The position numbers and the translations under genes were made by a program. A model generated the notes under the pieces. It was not told where the DNA came from. It saw only the letters and a list, made by a program, of their open reading frames with translations, and did not search any database. From Sphagnum compactum (taxonomy: Eukaryota), in contig OZ234493.1 of NCBI GenBank assembly GCA_965153455.1, positions 10,592,213 to 10,656,212 on the forward strand: a DNA stretch of 64,000 nucleotides, given 5' to 3'. Below are positions 1-13,174 of the stretch, piece after piece. Within the stretch, counting starts at the first letter, position 1. Each line of letters starts with the position of its first letter.

Positions 1-959
1 TTCTTTTGTCTTCTAATTCGGCATGTGTCTGTTTGTCAACCCTGTGCAGCTGTGCTTTTTGCACTGGCCTTTGAGCCTTTGTTGTGGACCTTAGTATATT
101 TTTCTTCAGTGTGGATTCTGCATTTGGGATGTGGAGTTTGCTGAGTCACATTGTCTCTTGTTCCACAATACTAGCCTTTTCTGGTTCCTTGGGAAAGAGA
201 AAGAGATGTTCAGGCAGTTGTGTTTCCTGACGGATCAGCTTGGCATCTCCTTTTGTGTGCAAAAGAGAGACCACCAAATCCTTTCCATGGAGCTGCATCT
301 CAATATGATGAATACCTAGTAAGGCTTCTGCTAGCAACAAAGTCATTAGGCATTCTGTATTTAACTAAAAGAGATCACAAACTGTTTGCTGAATAGCTTA
401 TCTCTTGGAACATCTGGTCAAATTCTTGGATCATTTCCTTTCTGTATGTTGGAACCTGCAACAATTTCTTCTGCCATGGAGTTTGTGTTCTACTCCAATA
501 ATGGAATTGTCTACAATATCTTCCTGGAGTTTGTTTCCAGAACATCATATGCTTTCCAACCTAGTTCTCAACTGCATCATGAGAAAGCAACATTGTCACT
601 CCTATTTGTAAGAATTCAAGGATCAGTGAGAAACCATTGCTCGAGTACTTGGGATGTCAACAATTCTTTACAGTGTTGCAACAAGAAGCCTGGTTTGGTG
701 TCTTTATGTTTTACTTCATACTAGCCCAACCTTCTCCCTATTGTTTGATCCTGAGTCCTTTGTTTTGCAATCCCATGCATGATTAGAGTATTGTCACAAC
801 TACCTTGTGGAACTTTATGTTCATGCACACTTGGTGACTCAATGATAGATTAAATATATATTGAATATATATATAGAAGTGAGGGGAATAAAAGAGTAAA
901 GATTGCCAAATATTTGTAGCCATAAATATAGAAGTTGATTAAATATTTTTCAAAACTTC

Positions 960-1030
960 ATATCTAGTTTGTAGCCATATTTGGCTAAATCTTCCCATGG
1001 ATGATAGCCAGTTATGCTACATCAAAAAAA
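960..1030 (+). repeat. Dispersed short repeat family (TTGTAGCC...TTTGGCTAAATC...GGATGAT...GCTAC), copy upstream of the NAD synthetase start
   Basis: Related copies are visible at ~47895-47995 (+), ~48430-48500 (-) and ~51750-51810 (+). Confidence 0.75.
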
Positions 1031-1202
1031 ATTCAGAAAAAAAAAAACACTGGATACAATTGACGCAGGTAACCTTTTGCTTTTTCTTCTTCCTCTTTGA
1101 AGGTGTGTTTTTTTGCTGAGATTTTCAGAAATCTTTTTTGGTAGTGTGGATTGTGAGCTCTGGTGGTGGTGGTGGTGGGTCGTCAGAGGAGGAGGAGGAG
1201 CG

Positions 1203-4200
1203 ATGAGGGTGGTGAAGTTAGCAACATGTAGCTTGAATCAATGGGCTATGGACTTCCAAGGCAACTTGGAGAGGACTAAGAAGTCCATCAAGCAAGCTAA
1301 GGATGCAGGGGCTGTGTTTCGTGTGGGTCCTGAGCTCGAGCTCTCTGGCTATGGCTGTGAAGACCATTTTCTGGAGCCTGATACTCTAACACATTCGTAC
1401 GCAATCAATCAATCTCCCCCCTCTTTGTTTCTTTCCTCCTTTTTGTTTTCTCTTCTTTTTGCTAGCTTTTTCCATTTGCCTTGCCTTCTCAGGGTTCGAG
1501 ATGGGTCGTCGGAATTCTTCGCTTTCAGACGAGCAAGGAAAATGGGTTTTGTTGAAATGGGTGGGTTTTTTTCAACAAATCCTCTTTTCAACAAAACCCA
1601 TGTCAACAAAAAGCAAGGAAAATGGGTTTTGTTGAAATGGCTTTTTTCCAACAAAACCCATTTCAACAAAAAGCAAGGAAAATGGGTTTTCTTTCAACAA
1701 AACCCATTTGTCTGAAGTCTATAAGAATCAAAAAAATTGCAGAGCTTCAATCTTCAAGCTTCAAGCCACAGATTGTTGTGCATATGCATTTGAGGGAATT
1801 GGAATTCTGGTCTCATTCCCCACTCATTCTTCTTCCAATGTCTGTCTTTGCCCATGATGGAAATGTTTTAGGTCTGTAAAGCCATCTCTGGAAAGTGCAG
1901 TCAGTTCAATTGGTTTGATGGAGGGATTTTTTCCAGGCATGATGATGTAGGATGATCAATAAGAGTTTTGCAGCAACTGATTGATAGAGAGATTGCATTG
2001 ACTGGCAGGTGGGAATGCTTGGCAGAGATTTTGGCCTCAGACTTGACAGATGGTATAGTTTGTGACATAGGGTTACCAGTAGAGCAAGGAGGTGTTCGCT
2101 ACAACTGCCGTGCGTACTGTCTCAATGGGCAGATTTTACTCGTACGTCCCAAGCTCTATCTTGCCAATGATGGCAACTATCGTGAGCTTCGGAGGTTCTC
2201 AGCCTGGAAACATTTGCGGCAGCTTGTGGAGCTTCAGCTTCCAGAGAGCATAAAGGAGGTCACGGGTCAAACCAAAGTTCCATTTGGAGATGGGTATCTT
2301 TCTTTCGAGGACACGTGAGCTTTCTCCTTCCTTCTCAGTATGGTTTTGTCCTTGTTTGAATTCTGTTTCTTCTTCACCTTGCATCCACCCATAGACCTGA
2401 TTCTTAAACCCTAAAACCTCGGCACCTTGCACCTCCAACTGTAGACTGTGAATCTCAACCTTTAGTCCTTTTTATACCTCTTCCATTTCATGGGTAGGGT
2501 ATTAGTGGTGTAGGGTTTTGGGACTAGAGCTTTTTTTGGTGCTTAGTTTCTATGGTTAAAGGCTTCAGGTAGTTTTGTTGCAGGAATGTGGCATCTGAAA
2601 CGTGTGAGGAGCTTTTTACACCAGCATCGCCACACATAGGCCTATCTCTAAGTGGCGTGGAGATTATTGCTAATGGGAGTGGAAGCCATCATCAGCTTCG
2701 GAAGCTTAATACCCGGCTAGAGCTAATGCAAAGTGCAACCAGCAAAGGTGGAGGTGTTTATCTTTATGCTAATCAACAAGGTTGTGATGGTGGACGTCTT
2801 TACTATGGTACGTCTCTTCACTTTTGATCATTTTTTTTCATTTCATCTAAAATCTTCTCTGTGTACTTGTAGTGCTTTTTATCTATCCCTTAATGATTTT
2901 TGCTTCACAATTCACACATGTTTGGAGGGCGTGCATTGTGAGCATCACAGATGGCTGTGCCTGCATTGTTGTTAATGGAGATGTTGTTGCACAAGGCTCT
3001 CAGTTTTCTCTCAAAGACATTGAGGTTATTGTGGCCTCTGTTGACTTAGATACGGTATGCCTTTTTTTCACCTCTACCATTATTTGCTCTTTTTACCTTT
3101 CTCATCCATATCTTCCACAGATCATGCTTCTTTCTTTACCTTATAGGTTTGATGCATGGAGGAACCATCTCTTGTAATTACCAACAAGAATACCTTCCAA
3201 TATCTGGCCATGAAACATTGGCACTCACATCATTTTGACCTGTGAGATTATCCTTTGAGGCTGTCCTCTTTCAGATTTGTTCAATTGTGTTGGAAATAAT
3301 GGTTGGGTTGTTGCATAAGTTTGTGTGGTTGAACATGTGGAGCATGGTGCTTGTCACAATGGCTTCCTGAACCTACAGTGCATTGATAGGTGGCAGGATA
3401 CAGGGGTGCTGTAAGTAGTCTAAGAGAACAGGCAAGCCAGCAGCTTCCCATTCCATTTGTGAATGTTTCATTTAGGCTGTCAAGGCCTATGGACATGCTC
3501 AAAAACTTTCCAACCCTTCCCATCCCGGTAAATGTCATCCTCCCCTTCATATTTCCTTCAATTCTAATGAGCAAAAGCAATCTGCTTCCAAAGGATATAA
3601 GTCTGGAGTTAGTGCGTCATCACAATGCTTCACCTCCGTAATTAGCAGATGGTAGCAAAGGGCAGAGCTTTTCATGATGTTATTAGGAAATGATTTGGAA
3701 GTCTGATTTGAGGTTCTGATAAACTTTTTCAATATTGTGTCAGATAAAGTATCATACTCCTCAAGAGGAAATTGCTTTAGGGCCTGCATGCTGGTTATGG
3801 GATTACTTGCGCCGTAGCAGGGCATCAGGTTTTCTGTTGCCACTCTCTGGTGGTGCTGATAGCTCATCCGTGGCTGCAATTGTTGGCTGCATGTGCCAGC
3901 TTGTTGTCAAAGGTGTGATGGTAGTCCTTCCCCATTCCACACTCAGTTCTTCACTCCACACATATCTCAGTATTGGGTTTGTAATTTCATGTAGATATTG
4001 AGTGCTATCAGATCAATCATTTGTAGTCAATTTGAAATTAGGCAAATATGTATGCCATAACTTTCCAGGAAGACTGCCCGAGTTAGGACTTTTACATGAC
4101 ACGGCGTTTCTGTTCACTTCTGTTTCTTAAAATGGAGTTTGGGACACAGCTGTGAAGGAGGGAGATCAGCAAGTATGTTTGGATGCTGTCCGAATTGGAA

Positions 4201-6959
4201 ACTATCAAGAAAAAGAAGTCCCAAAAACTGCTCAGGAACTTGCAAATCGCATTTTGCACACAGTTTACATGGGAACAGAAAACAGGTCTGTGGGCCTCAC
4301 TGTATATACTCAACCCGAAACAGTACATCTTATAGCTCTGGGGACACTCATTGCCCTGTTTTACAAGTACTTGAAAAATACCAGAAGAGTCTGACTGGGT
4401 GAAGTTTTCTGATTTGAGCAGAAGATCCCTCACATTTGGCAGTTTTTCATAAACTGGACTCATGCCACAATCCTTGCATTTGTCTGGTTGTTATTTCATT
4501 CCATGTGTGGAACTAGGTAGGTGTCATCTGGCCTCTGAGGATATATATGATGGCCTCAATACACTGACTTTGCCATCTTACATTGCAGCTCAGAAGGTAC
4601 ACGGGGCCGGGCAGATCGATTAGCAAAAGAAATCGGAGCTTCCCATTTGGATATTAAGGTTGATGTTATAGTGTCAGCATTTCTGTCTTTATTCAAGACT
4701 ATCACTGGCAAGACCCTTCGTTACAAGGTATTATGAAGCTAACCTTGGAACTCCTTTCAATCTCTTCTGGACCTATTTCTTCTGATGACTAAACATCATT
4801 TCCATTGTGAGATATTTATGTGTCTGATTGCTGGAGACTCTTCATGTTCCTCTCACAGAGTAAATGTTGGAGTTTTGTGTTTTCTTTGGAAGCCAGCAAG
4901 TTGTCCACGCCCATGGATTCTAGAAGCTTGAACCAGGGATGTGGTTCAGCAATAGAAGTGTGTTGCTAGACAAAAAAGAATGTCTACAAATTTTATGGGA
5001 GCAGCTGTTTGGGTCATGCATGCACTTCAAGAGTGTTAGAATAAGTCTAAGTAGAGGTATTCTGCATCCAAGGTGCAAGGTACCCTAAACCCTAAACCTG
5101 GGAACCTAGATAGTACAGGGCAGTCAATGATCAGGTTAGTTTGTCACTTGCAGAAACTGTGGAGGTGGTAAATAGTGTGAGTTGGGGGGAGTCTAACACT
5201 GAGCAAGGTTTGGGGGAACAGGTGGATGGAGGTACACAAACTGAAAATTTGGCTTTGCAAAACATTCAGGCACGTATCCGGATGGTGATTGCCTATATGC
5301 TAGCATCACTCTTGCCATGGGTCCGGAGTAAACCCGGTTACTTGCTTGTCCTTGGCAGTGCGAATGTTGACGAAGGTCTCCGTGGGTACCTCACTAAGGT
5401 AATGATGACTCTGGCCTCTTGTGGTTCAGCCCACACATTCAAATGTTGAGATTTCGAATCCTGGAACTTACAGTTTTAACTTTTAGTAAAGTAGGTCTAG
5501 AGATCTTGTGCCCATGACTAAAGAGATGAGATGGAGGCCTTTCTAAGTTCAGGGTGTTGTGGGTCGTTAGTATGATTGCAGCTCAGCAGACATCAATCCA
5601 ATTGGGGGTATAAGCAAGCAAGATCTTCGAGCTTTCTTACGGTGGGGTGCAAATAATCTTGGCTACCCAAGCTTAGCAGAAATTGAAGGTGCACCTCCAA
5701 CTGCTGAACTGGAGCCCATTAGGGCCAACTACACACAAGTATGCCATCTCTTCCTTTCATCTTCAAGGAATTTCCTGTGGGTGTTTGAATGGCATATTGT
5801 TCTTTTGTTGTGTCTTTGTGTGGTGTGCACTGGTGGTTCAAGACTAGTACCAACATTCCTTGTATTGTATAATGCAATTTCTCCATTCCATATAAACTGT
5901 GCTCTTGTAAAATGCATACTGCTCAAGTGCAGACAGTGCTTCCTGGTTTCTTATGACAGATTGATGAGATTGACATGGGGATGACATATGAGGAGCTTTC
6001 AATGTACGGACGGTTGCGGATGATCTTCCGCTGTGGACCTGTGTCCATGTTTCAGGTCTTTCTCCTTACTCATGAAGATATCTTTCTCCTTACTCTCTGA
6101 GCACAGAACTTTTTGAAGACAACTTTGTAGAAGAGATGATGGGCCTCTCAGAGTTCTATGCCTTTCTCATGATGAAGTTTCTATGTGATAGGGTTGCGCT
6201 CTGCTTCAGCTGTATGTTACATGGGTCTAAGAAGGTGGGGTTTGTCCTTGAACAGCATTTATGCCATCGATGGCAAGGGCGGTTAACTCCAGCAGAAGTA
6301 GCCACGAAAGTAAAAGACTTTTTCCGATTCTACTCAACCAATCGTCATAAAATGACCACTCTTACACCATCATATCATGCTGAGGTTCTCTTTCATCCCT
6401 TTTGACTACTGTATTACCCTGTTAGATGTAAACCCTAGACCCTAAACCCATTCTTATGAGTAAAGATGACCCTGAGAAAGAGGCTACGTCAGTCTGTAGA
6501 TCTTCCAGACCAACTGGCTTTTAGGAAGTACCCTACAATGTGCATATTCTTTCCTCACTTTTGCCTTTTAACGGGCATGATCTGCACCCAAACTCATTGA
6601 TGCTCTTGGTTGCCATCAAAAAATTGTTGGTCTCTTCTGAAGAAAGATTGTTGCTGCAATCAGTGTGGGTTCTTTACTGTAGGGGTTAACATTTGAGTGC
6701 ACTTGTGTTGCAGAATTACTCTCCTGAGGACAACCGATTTGACCTCCGGCAGTTTCTTTACAACACTGGGTGGCCATGGCAATTCCGACGCATCGATCAG
6801 CTTGTGAAGAGTGTTGACGTGAGAGAGCTGTCATCAACTATTTCAGTTGAAAAACGCAACATGGAGCCGACTGATGCAGAAGTAGCTGCAGCTCATTCCA
6901 CTGGCTTTGGTGTTCCAGCTGCATCATCTAGTAATCCTCAGGCAGGGAAGGGAACATAA
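1203..6959 (+). CDS. QNS1: Glutamine-dependent NAD(+) synthetase (nitrilase-type glutaminase domain + NAD synthase domain), 13 exons, ~741 aa
   Basis: Manually spliced GT-AG exons: 1203-1396, 2009-2314, 2584-2807, 2951-3054, 3390-3527, 3744-3912, 4150-4285, 4589-4727, 5222-5398, 5571-5738, 5960-6055, 6256-6384, 6714-6959. Total 2226 nt, frame preserved. Motifs: [17 protein letters not shown] (catalytic E), [14 protein letters not shown] (K), ETCEEL (C), LSGGADSS P-loop, [58 protein letters not shown]. Confidence 0.97.
1531..1710. repeat. Tandem hairpin-forming repeat in intron 1 of the NAD synthetase gene
   Basis: AGCAAGGAAAATGGGTTTT occurs three times (~1532, 1612, 1672). Each copy is followed by a complementary TTCAACAAAACCCAT-type arm. 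Confidence 0.8.
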
Positions 6960-9698
6960 ATTGGTATTGGAAAAATCTGAAACCCTCTGCAATTCATCCA
7001 ATAAATTCTTGGTGTTGTGTTTGGATATGTAAAGGTCCTGTGATTCTGGGCATAACTTGCATATTTTACACAAATCCTAGACCCAGTATCAGCTGAGAAA
7101 TACATATCAACTTATTGTAAGGATGGACTGAATCCAAACGCTCTTCCTTAATGTCCTAGCTCCAGTGCCCACCAGGGTAAAAAAGCTTATATAAGTACAG
7201 ATTGGCATGCATTGGAAACCACAGTAGAGCACAGGTGCTTCTTCTTTCTCCAAGTGCAAAGAGGCTGGCAAAATCAATCCCAAGTTTCATCAGGTACATA
7301 AGCTCTCACTTCAGCTGGAATTGATAGATTTTTTTTTTCCTCATTTTGTGAATTGTGGGTTTTTTGAAGAAGTACAAGAGGACCAAGTTGGTATGCTTCC
7401 TCACTTCCTCCTCATGAGTATGGGTATTCATGACTGCGACTCTGCAGCTGATCAGTTCAGTCAGAAAGCATAGTTTGCACAATAGCAAACCTTTTTTTTA
7501 TATGAACAATTTCATCGAGCTGAAATTTCTTTGTTCTTTCTACTGCAATCATCTGATTTCTCAACTCTTGACACAAAGTTTGATCTATCCTGCCCCAGGA
7601 CATGAAGAATAAGCAGATGAATAATAAAGGCCAAGTGCACCTACAACACTTGCCTGTTGCAAACAGTATTTGCACTACGAGTGATACTAGTCTCCAGCAG
7701 TGGCTCTCTTTTGGCACCTGGAAATTGGAAGCTGAGAACTGATGAGTGCCATCTGGAAAATTTTAGCTTAAAAGTTTTCAAATACAATATGTAATTCTCA
7801 TCATTCTTTAATGCAATTGGTGTGAGACCCATCTGTTTCAATAGTGATAATAATAATATGGAATTTGGCAGATTTGGTGTTACATGAACTTGGGGAATAA
7901 TTTTGAGAATAGAGATCAAATGAGTACTGTCACTTTCTGTGCAATTCATGTCACTTTCTGTGCAATTCACGGAAGGTAACTCATCATTTAGTTTGATTTA
8001 CTATGTACCATATCTTCAGGAGGGGCTTGAGAGTGTGTGACGGTTTGAAGAAGCTCTAGTGAGAAAACTAAGCCAAGATAGTGAGACAAAATTGCATTTG
8101 CTGATGCCTGCCATACACATGATGGCCACATGAGAAACCTTTTCTTGGCCACACAAACCTTGGGAACTTCATCAAGAATACTAACGTATGGAAGCACATG
8201 CCCACTTCTGGTATTGGCACTGTCTTCAACCTGCCCTCATCTGACATGTTGAGAGATCATTATTCACAGCTGAAACCAAGAAATGCTGGAACATACAGTA
8301 GAGCCAGTTCTATGTTAGCTATGTTGATTCAATTTGAGACTTTTACCTGCACAAGGAAGACATCAGTCGCTAGCACCGGGCTGAAAACAGCAGGTGCTCC
8401 TTGCCGGTATGGACTATTTAGTCTCTCGAAAATCCCAATACTGCGAATACATGTGCGCACTCAGGAGAAAAAGATCAAGGATTGAACTGCCCCTCGATTT
8501 ACAAGAAGAAATCCTCCCGCTCCTCTCCCCGCGGCAGAAGAAAAGCTGTGGGCGCGCAAAAAAGCTTGTGTCTCTCGCAAGTCCGCAGGGCTTGGCCTAA
8601 TTTCCTCTGGATAAACATCCATATGGGGACATCCCCAGGATTGTGACCAAGACCGAAAGTCAATAGGGAGATCCCCAGGTTAGTTGTGGCCTCAACCTGG
8701 CATGTATTTGGGTGTGGGACCCACCTTGATGTAAAATTAGAATCATGCACCGAACCCACAATTGTGGCTAGGTGCATTATTCTTAACTATTTGTGGCTAG
8801 ATTCTTTTTGTGCAACCACAATAGGCTTCAAGCAACTCAAGTGATACAACCCTGCCAAGCTTAATGAAAGAACAAACATTCATCCAAAAGGGTAAAAAGG
8901 GAGGAACAAAAAGAGAGGGCCAACATCCAACCAAGAGACAACATCCAAAAATGCAAACCCACCAATGGGAGCCACAAAAGAGAGCGGCAAGGACCTACTA
9001 GAAGGGGCCAAAATAATAACCTACAACCAATGTTGGGCGGGTATGGAATTCCAGTCCAGAACCAGGTCGGGTATCAGCTGGTTCTCTCACGCAGAACTAG
9101 ATGGGTACCATTAGGAGGGATACCCGAGATGATACCCGTCCGTCAAGGTATCAATTTGGTGAGGGGAGGGGTATTCGAGATGTTACTCACCCACCAAGGT
9201 ATCAATTTGGTGAGAATCGGTTCTAGGAATCGAGATATTTAAAAATAATAATACTCGAAAAGTTATATTGATAACCTCAGGTTTGGTTCTTAGTTAAGTT
9301 TAGGGTGGTTGTTTAGATTAGGGCTTACGAGGCTAAGTGAATTTAGGGCGGCATCATTGAGGATTAAGCACCAAATTAATATTTAGGCCAATTGTTTAGG
9401 TTTAGGGTTTATCATTGATATAAAGAGGCAACTTGTTTTGACCATAACAAGGTATGTTTCTTGCATTATGTGTTTTTGTTTTTTGTTTTATGTGTTTGTG
9501 TTCTTTGTTTTTGTATGTTTTCTTGTTGTTGTTACAAGGAGGGAAGCTCCTTGCCATGATGTTGTTTATGGGTGTTCCTTGTTATGTGTTGCTACTTTCG
9601 GGCGTTCCTTGCTATGTGTTGTTGCTTTTGGCCACTCCTCACTGTGATGTTGCTTCTAGGTGTTCCTTGTTGTGTTGTTGCTTTTGGGAGCTCCTCGC

Positions 9699-9895
9699 TG
9701 TTGGAGGAATATACGTTCATACATATAGTAATTCTCTTGTACAAATCCAATATCATACATAATTAGTTACACATGGGACATAATTGTTCATAGTTTAATC
9801 ATATGTAAAAGAACTTTTCATTACTTTTAGTAAATACATTATTATTATTCTATTCCAACTTGTACATGAATATGTTCTTTCTCATAAACCCCACA
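9699..9895 (+). repeat. Putative 5' LTR of the Copia element (~197 bp)
   Basis: Starts TGTTGG, ends CCACA, and is immediately followed by a PBS-like motif. The same TGTTGG start follows the PPT at 19816. Confidence 0.6.
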
Positions 9896-12800
9896 TGGTA
9901 TTAGGGCTTGATAAAGATCCAATACTAATTTCTATATGATGTGATCAAATTTTAAACGAAAAAAACTTTTTTTTAAAGTTAGAAATTCAAACAATGTGTA
10001 ATCAATTACATGATTTCAAAGGGATTGTTGAAGAAATGAAGAACATTTCTTCAACAATATTGAAATTGATAAATTCTTCCCTTTCACAAAAGCTTGCAGA
10101 TTTCTTTGGTTATAATGCATAATTTCAATCGTGACACAAAATATTGATATTATTCACATCTTTAAATTCAATGGATCTTATTTCAATATATTGAAACATA
10201 GACTCATTTTAATTTTCAAGATAGAGAAGCTTTGGTCCATAGTCGATGGCACTGAACCAAAGCCCATAAATCCCACACAAGTGCAAATTACTACTAGTGC
10301 AAAGCATGACCTACCATAGGAGCAAGGAGCATAATTGTATGGGAAAATATATATATTATGTTTCTAACAAACATTAATTAGTGTCTTGATAATAGTGTTG
10401 TTTTTCATATTCAATCTTCTAAAGCATCGCATGATGCATGGACAAAATTAATACAATTGTTTGAATCACAAAATGTCATGACAAAAATGTATCTAAAAGA
10501 CAAATTGCATACATTGAAGATGAGAAAGAATGAGAGTGTAACGAAACACATACATGTGTTTTGAACAATTTTTAAATAGTTATCAATAGTTAATGCACTA
10601 GTGCCTGATGATGAAGGTGTTCTTTCTTTGATGCGGAGCATGCTTGCAAGTTATTGAACATTTATTAGTTATTTAAGAAAGCAACCCAATTCAACATTAC
10701 AATCTCTAATAATTGATCTTATACAAAAGAAACTTTCATGAAAAATCTCAATGTGATTATAAACAATATCTCAACCCTTTGTATTGGGAAAAAAAAATCC
10801 TAATTATAAAGGAAAATTTTAAAAGAACTTCACATCAAAGGATGGTGAAGAGACTTCTAAATTTGGTGGCAAGAAGAAACTAAAATGTTTCTATTGTAAG
10901 AAACCTAGACATAAATTAAGCATTGTAAAGCACGAATTGCAATAGAATTTTCAAGTAAGAAACAATCAAACATTGTGACAAAAGACATTCACAAATTAAA
11001 TGTTTTAGCATTGGCATCACAAGTTACCAATGACCCCACATGCTATGTGGATACAAAAGCCACACAACACCTGTTATGAAAGAGAGTATTTCATCAACTA
11101 TCAAGCATGTGAGAGCTATCAAGTTGTGTTTTTGAGTGACAATACAACTCACCAAATAACAGGACAAAAAAAAATAGCCATCAAACTACTTGATGGGAAA
11201 GTAAGACAAATTCCAAATGTTTTACATGTTCTTGGTCTTTTAAAAAACCTATTTTTTACAATACAATTTGACAAATGTAGAAAAGAAATTTCCATCAAGT
11301 CCAAAGTATGTATTTTCAATAATCTAATAAGTGAAATGATTGTAGAATGTAGGCTACAATCTAATTTATACAAGTTGGGTGAAACCATAAAACCCATTAA
11401 AGATGCAATTGTTGTCCCTTTTAATGTTAGTTTCCATACAATTCATTTATGGCATTTTCAACTTGGTCATATCAACAAGTGAAGACTTAAAACCATTCAA
11501 AGTATATCTATAGGTGTGGATCAATTAGAATACCCTCACCTTATGTAAATGTTGTATCAAAGGTAAACAAATTCGTGCATCATTTCCCAAAGTGGGAGCT
11601 ACAAGGGCAACTGAAATACTTAGTTTGGTTCATTCAAATATTTCTAAACCATTACAAACCAACACACATTCTGGTTGCAAGTATTTCCTCACCTTTATTG
11701 ATGACTTTTCAAGATATACATTTGTCTACTTAATTAAACATAGAGTGTTTGATTAATTTTTACAATACAAAGAATTTGTGGAACATCAAACAAATCACAA
11801 ATTTAAAGTTTTGAAATCTAATAACAATGGTGAATATAAATCAATGAATTCAATGTTCATTGTTTAAAATTTGGATTTAAAAGAGAGTTCACCACTCCAT
11901 ATACACCACAACAAAATGGTGTTTCTGAACACAAAAATAAAACATTACTTGGTGCTACCCTTGCAATGATATCACATGTTTCCTTATCCAAAGTTTTTTG
12001 GGGGAAACATTATTAATAACCAATTATCTTCAAAACCAAAGTCCAACTAAAGTAGTACCCAATAATATTACCCCTTATATGAAATTTGGTTTGGCCACAA
12101 ACCTATTTTGTCACACTTACAAATTTTTGGTTGCAAGGCTTATGCCTCTATCCATAAAGATAAAGATCAAAAATTAGATTTTCATACAATTGAATGTATA
12201 TTTCTTGGATATTCAAAAGAATCCAAGGCTTATCAACTAATGAAAGGTGAAAACTATGGTATATTCATATTTGGTGATGTTATTTTTTATGAAGTTCCCA
12301 TTAAAGTAATAGATTCCATTATAGAGGAAAAGGATCCAAATTCTCTTCTTGATGTTATTTTTTCAAATAAATACTACCTCACCACAAACTTCAACCATAG
12401 CAAGTGCCACTACAAATAGACAACCTTTAACATTAAATTTGGTTCAAGTTTCTTCCTTAACAACACAAATTTTGACTCACCTACCTCTAGATTCAAGTCT
12501 GCCTTTGCCAAATGAAACACTTGAGACATTTTCAAAATTATCCATAGATGAAAATCATTTACCACAAGAAGCCATTTCTTCTCACTCAATCGGTTAACCA
12601 CCTAACCCTTCTTCTGGTCACATTCGGCCAAAAAGGACAACGAAGGTTCTGACTCAATAAATTGAAACCATGGATGGTAAGACGCAACTTATAAAGAAAT
12701 ATTTACAAGACCATGTGCCCCAATACATCACAAGGTTAATATTGTACTCACTAGTACACATGAACCCCCTTTTTCTCTTCATGATGCATTATCTAGAGAA

Positions 12801-13174
12801 GGTGCTTTAGAATGGCAAAAGGCCATACAAGATGATCTTGCCTTTTAATTAACAAATAACGACACATGGGAATTGACTACACTCCCACCTAATAGACATG
12901 CTGTGAATTCTAAGTGGGTTTTCAAGATCAAGATCAAGGCTAATGGTTCAATTGATAGCTATAAAGCCTATTTGGTGGCATGAGGTTTCACACAAATTCT
13001 TAAAGTTGACTTTACTGACACCTTTTCCCCGATTGTTAAGCTCAATTCCATTTGAATTCTATTGGCCTTGGCCACACAATACAGTTTAAAGATGTATCAA
13101 CTTGATGTAAAAACAATTTTAAATGGATATCTCAATAAGATATTTACATGGAATTACTTGAAGGTTTACATACA

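Noticed and set aside
1..724. Coding-like sequence at the window start
   Set aside because: Frames are interrupted by stops and no family was recognised.
1113..1715. 200-aa ORF as a standalone protein
   Set aside because: It is exon 1 of NAD synthetase plus upstream leader (non-ATG start) and read-through into the repetitive intron 1.
7300..8600. Short ORFs including an F-box-like LPLDLQEEIL stretch
   Set aside because: No consistent frame, splice pattern or further motif. It may be a decayed pseudogene but cannot be supported.
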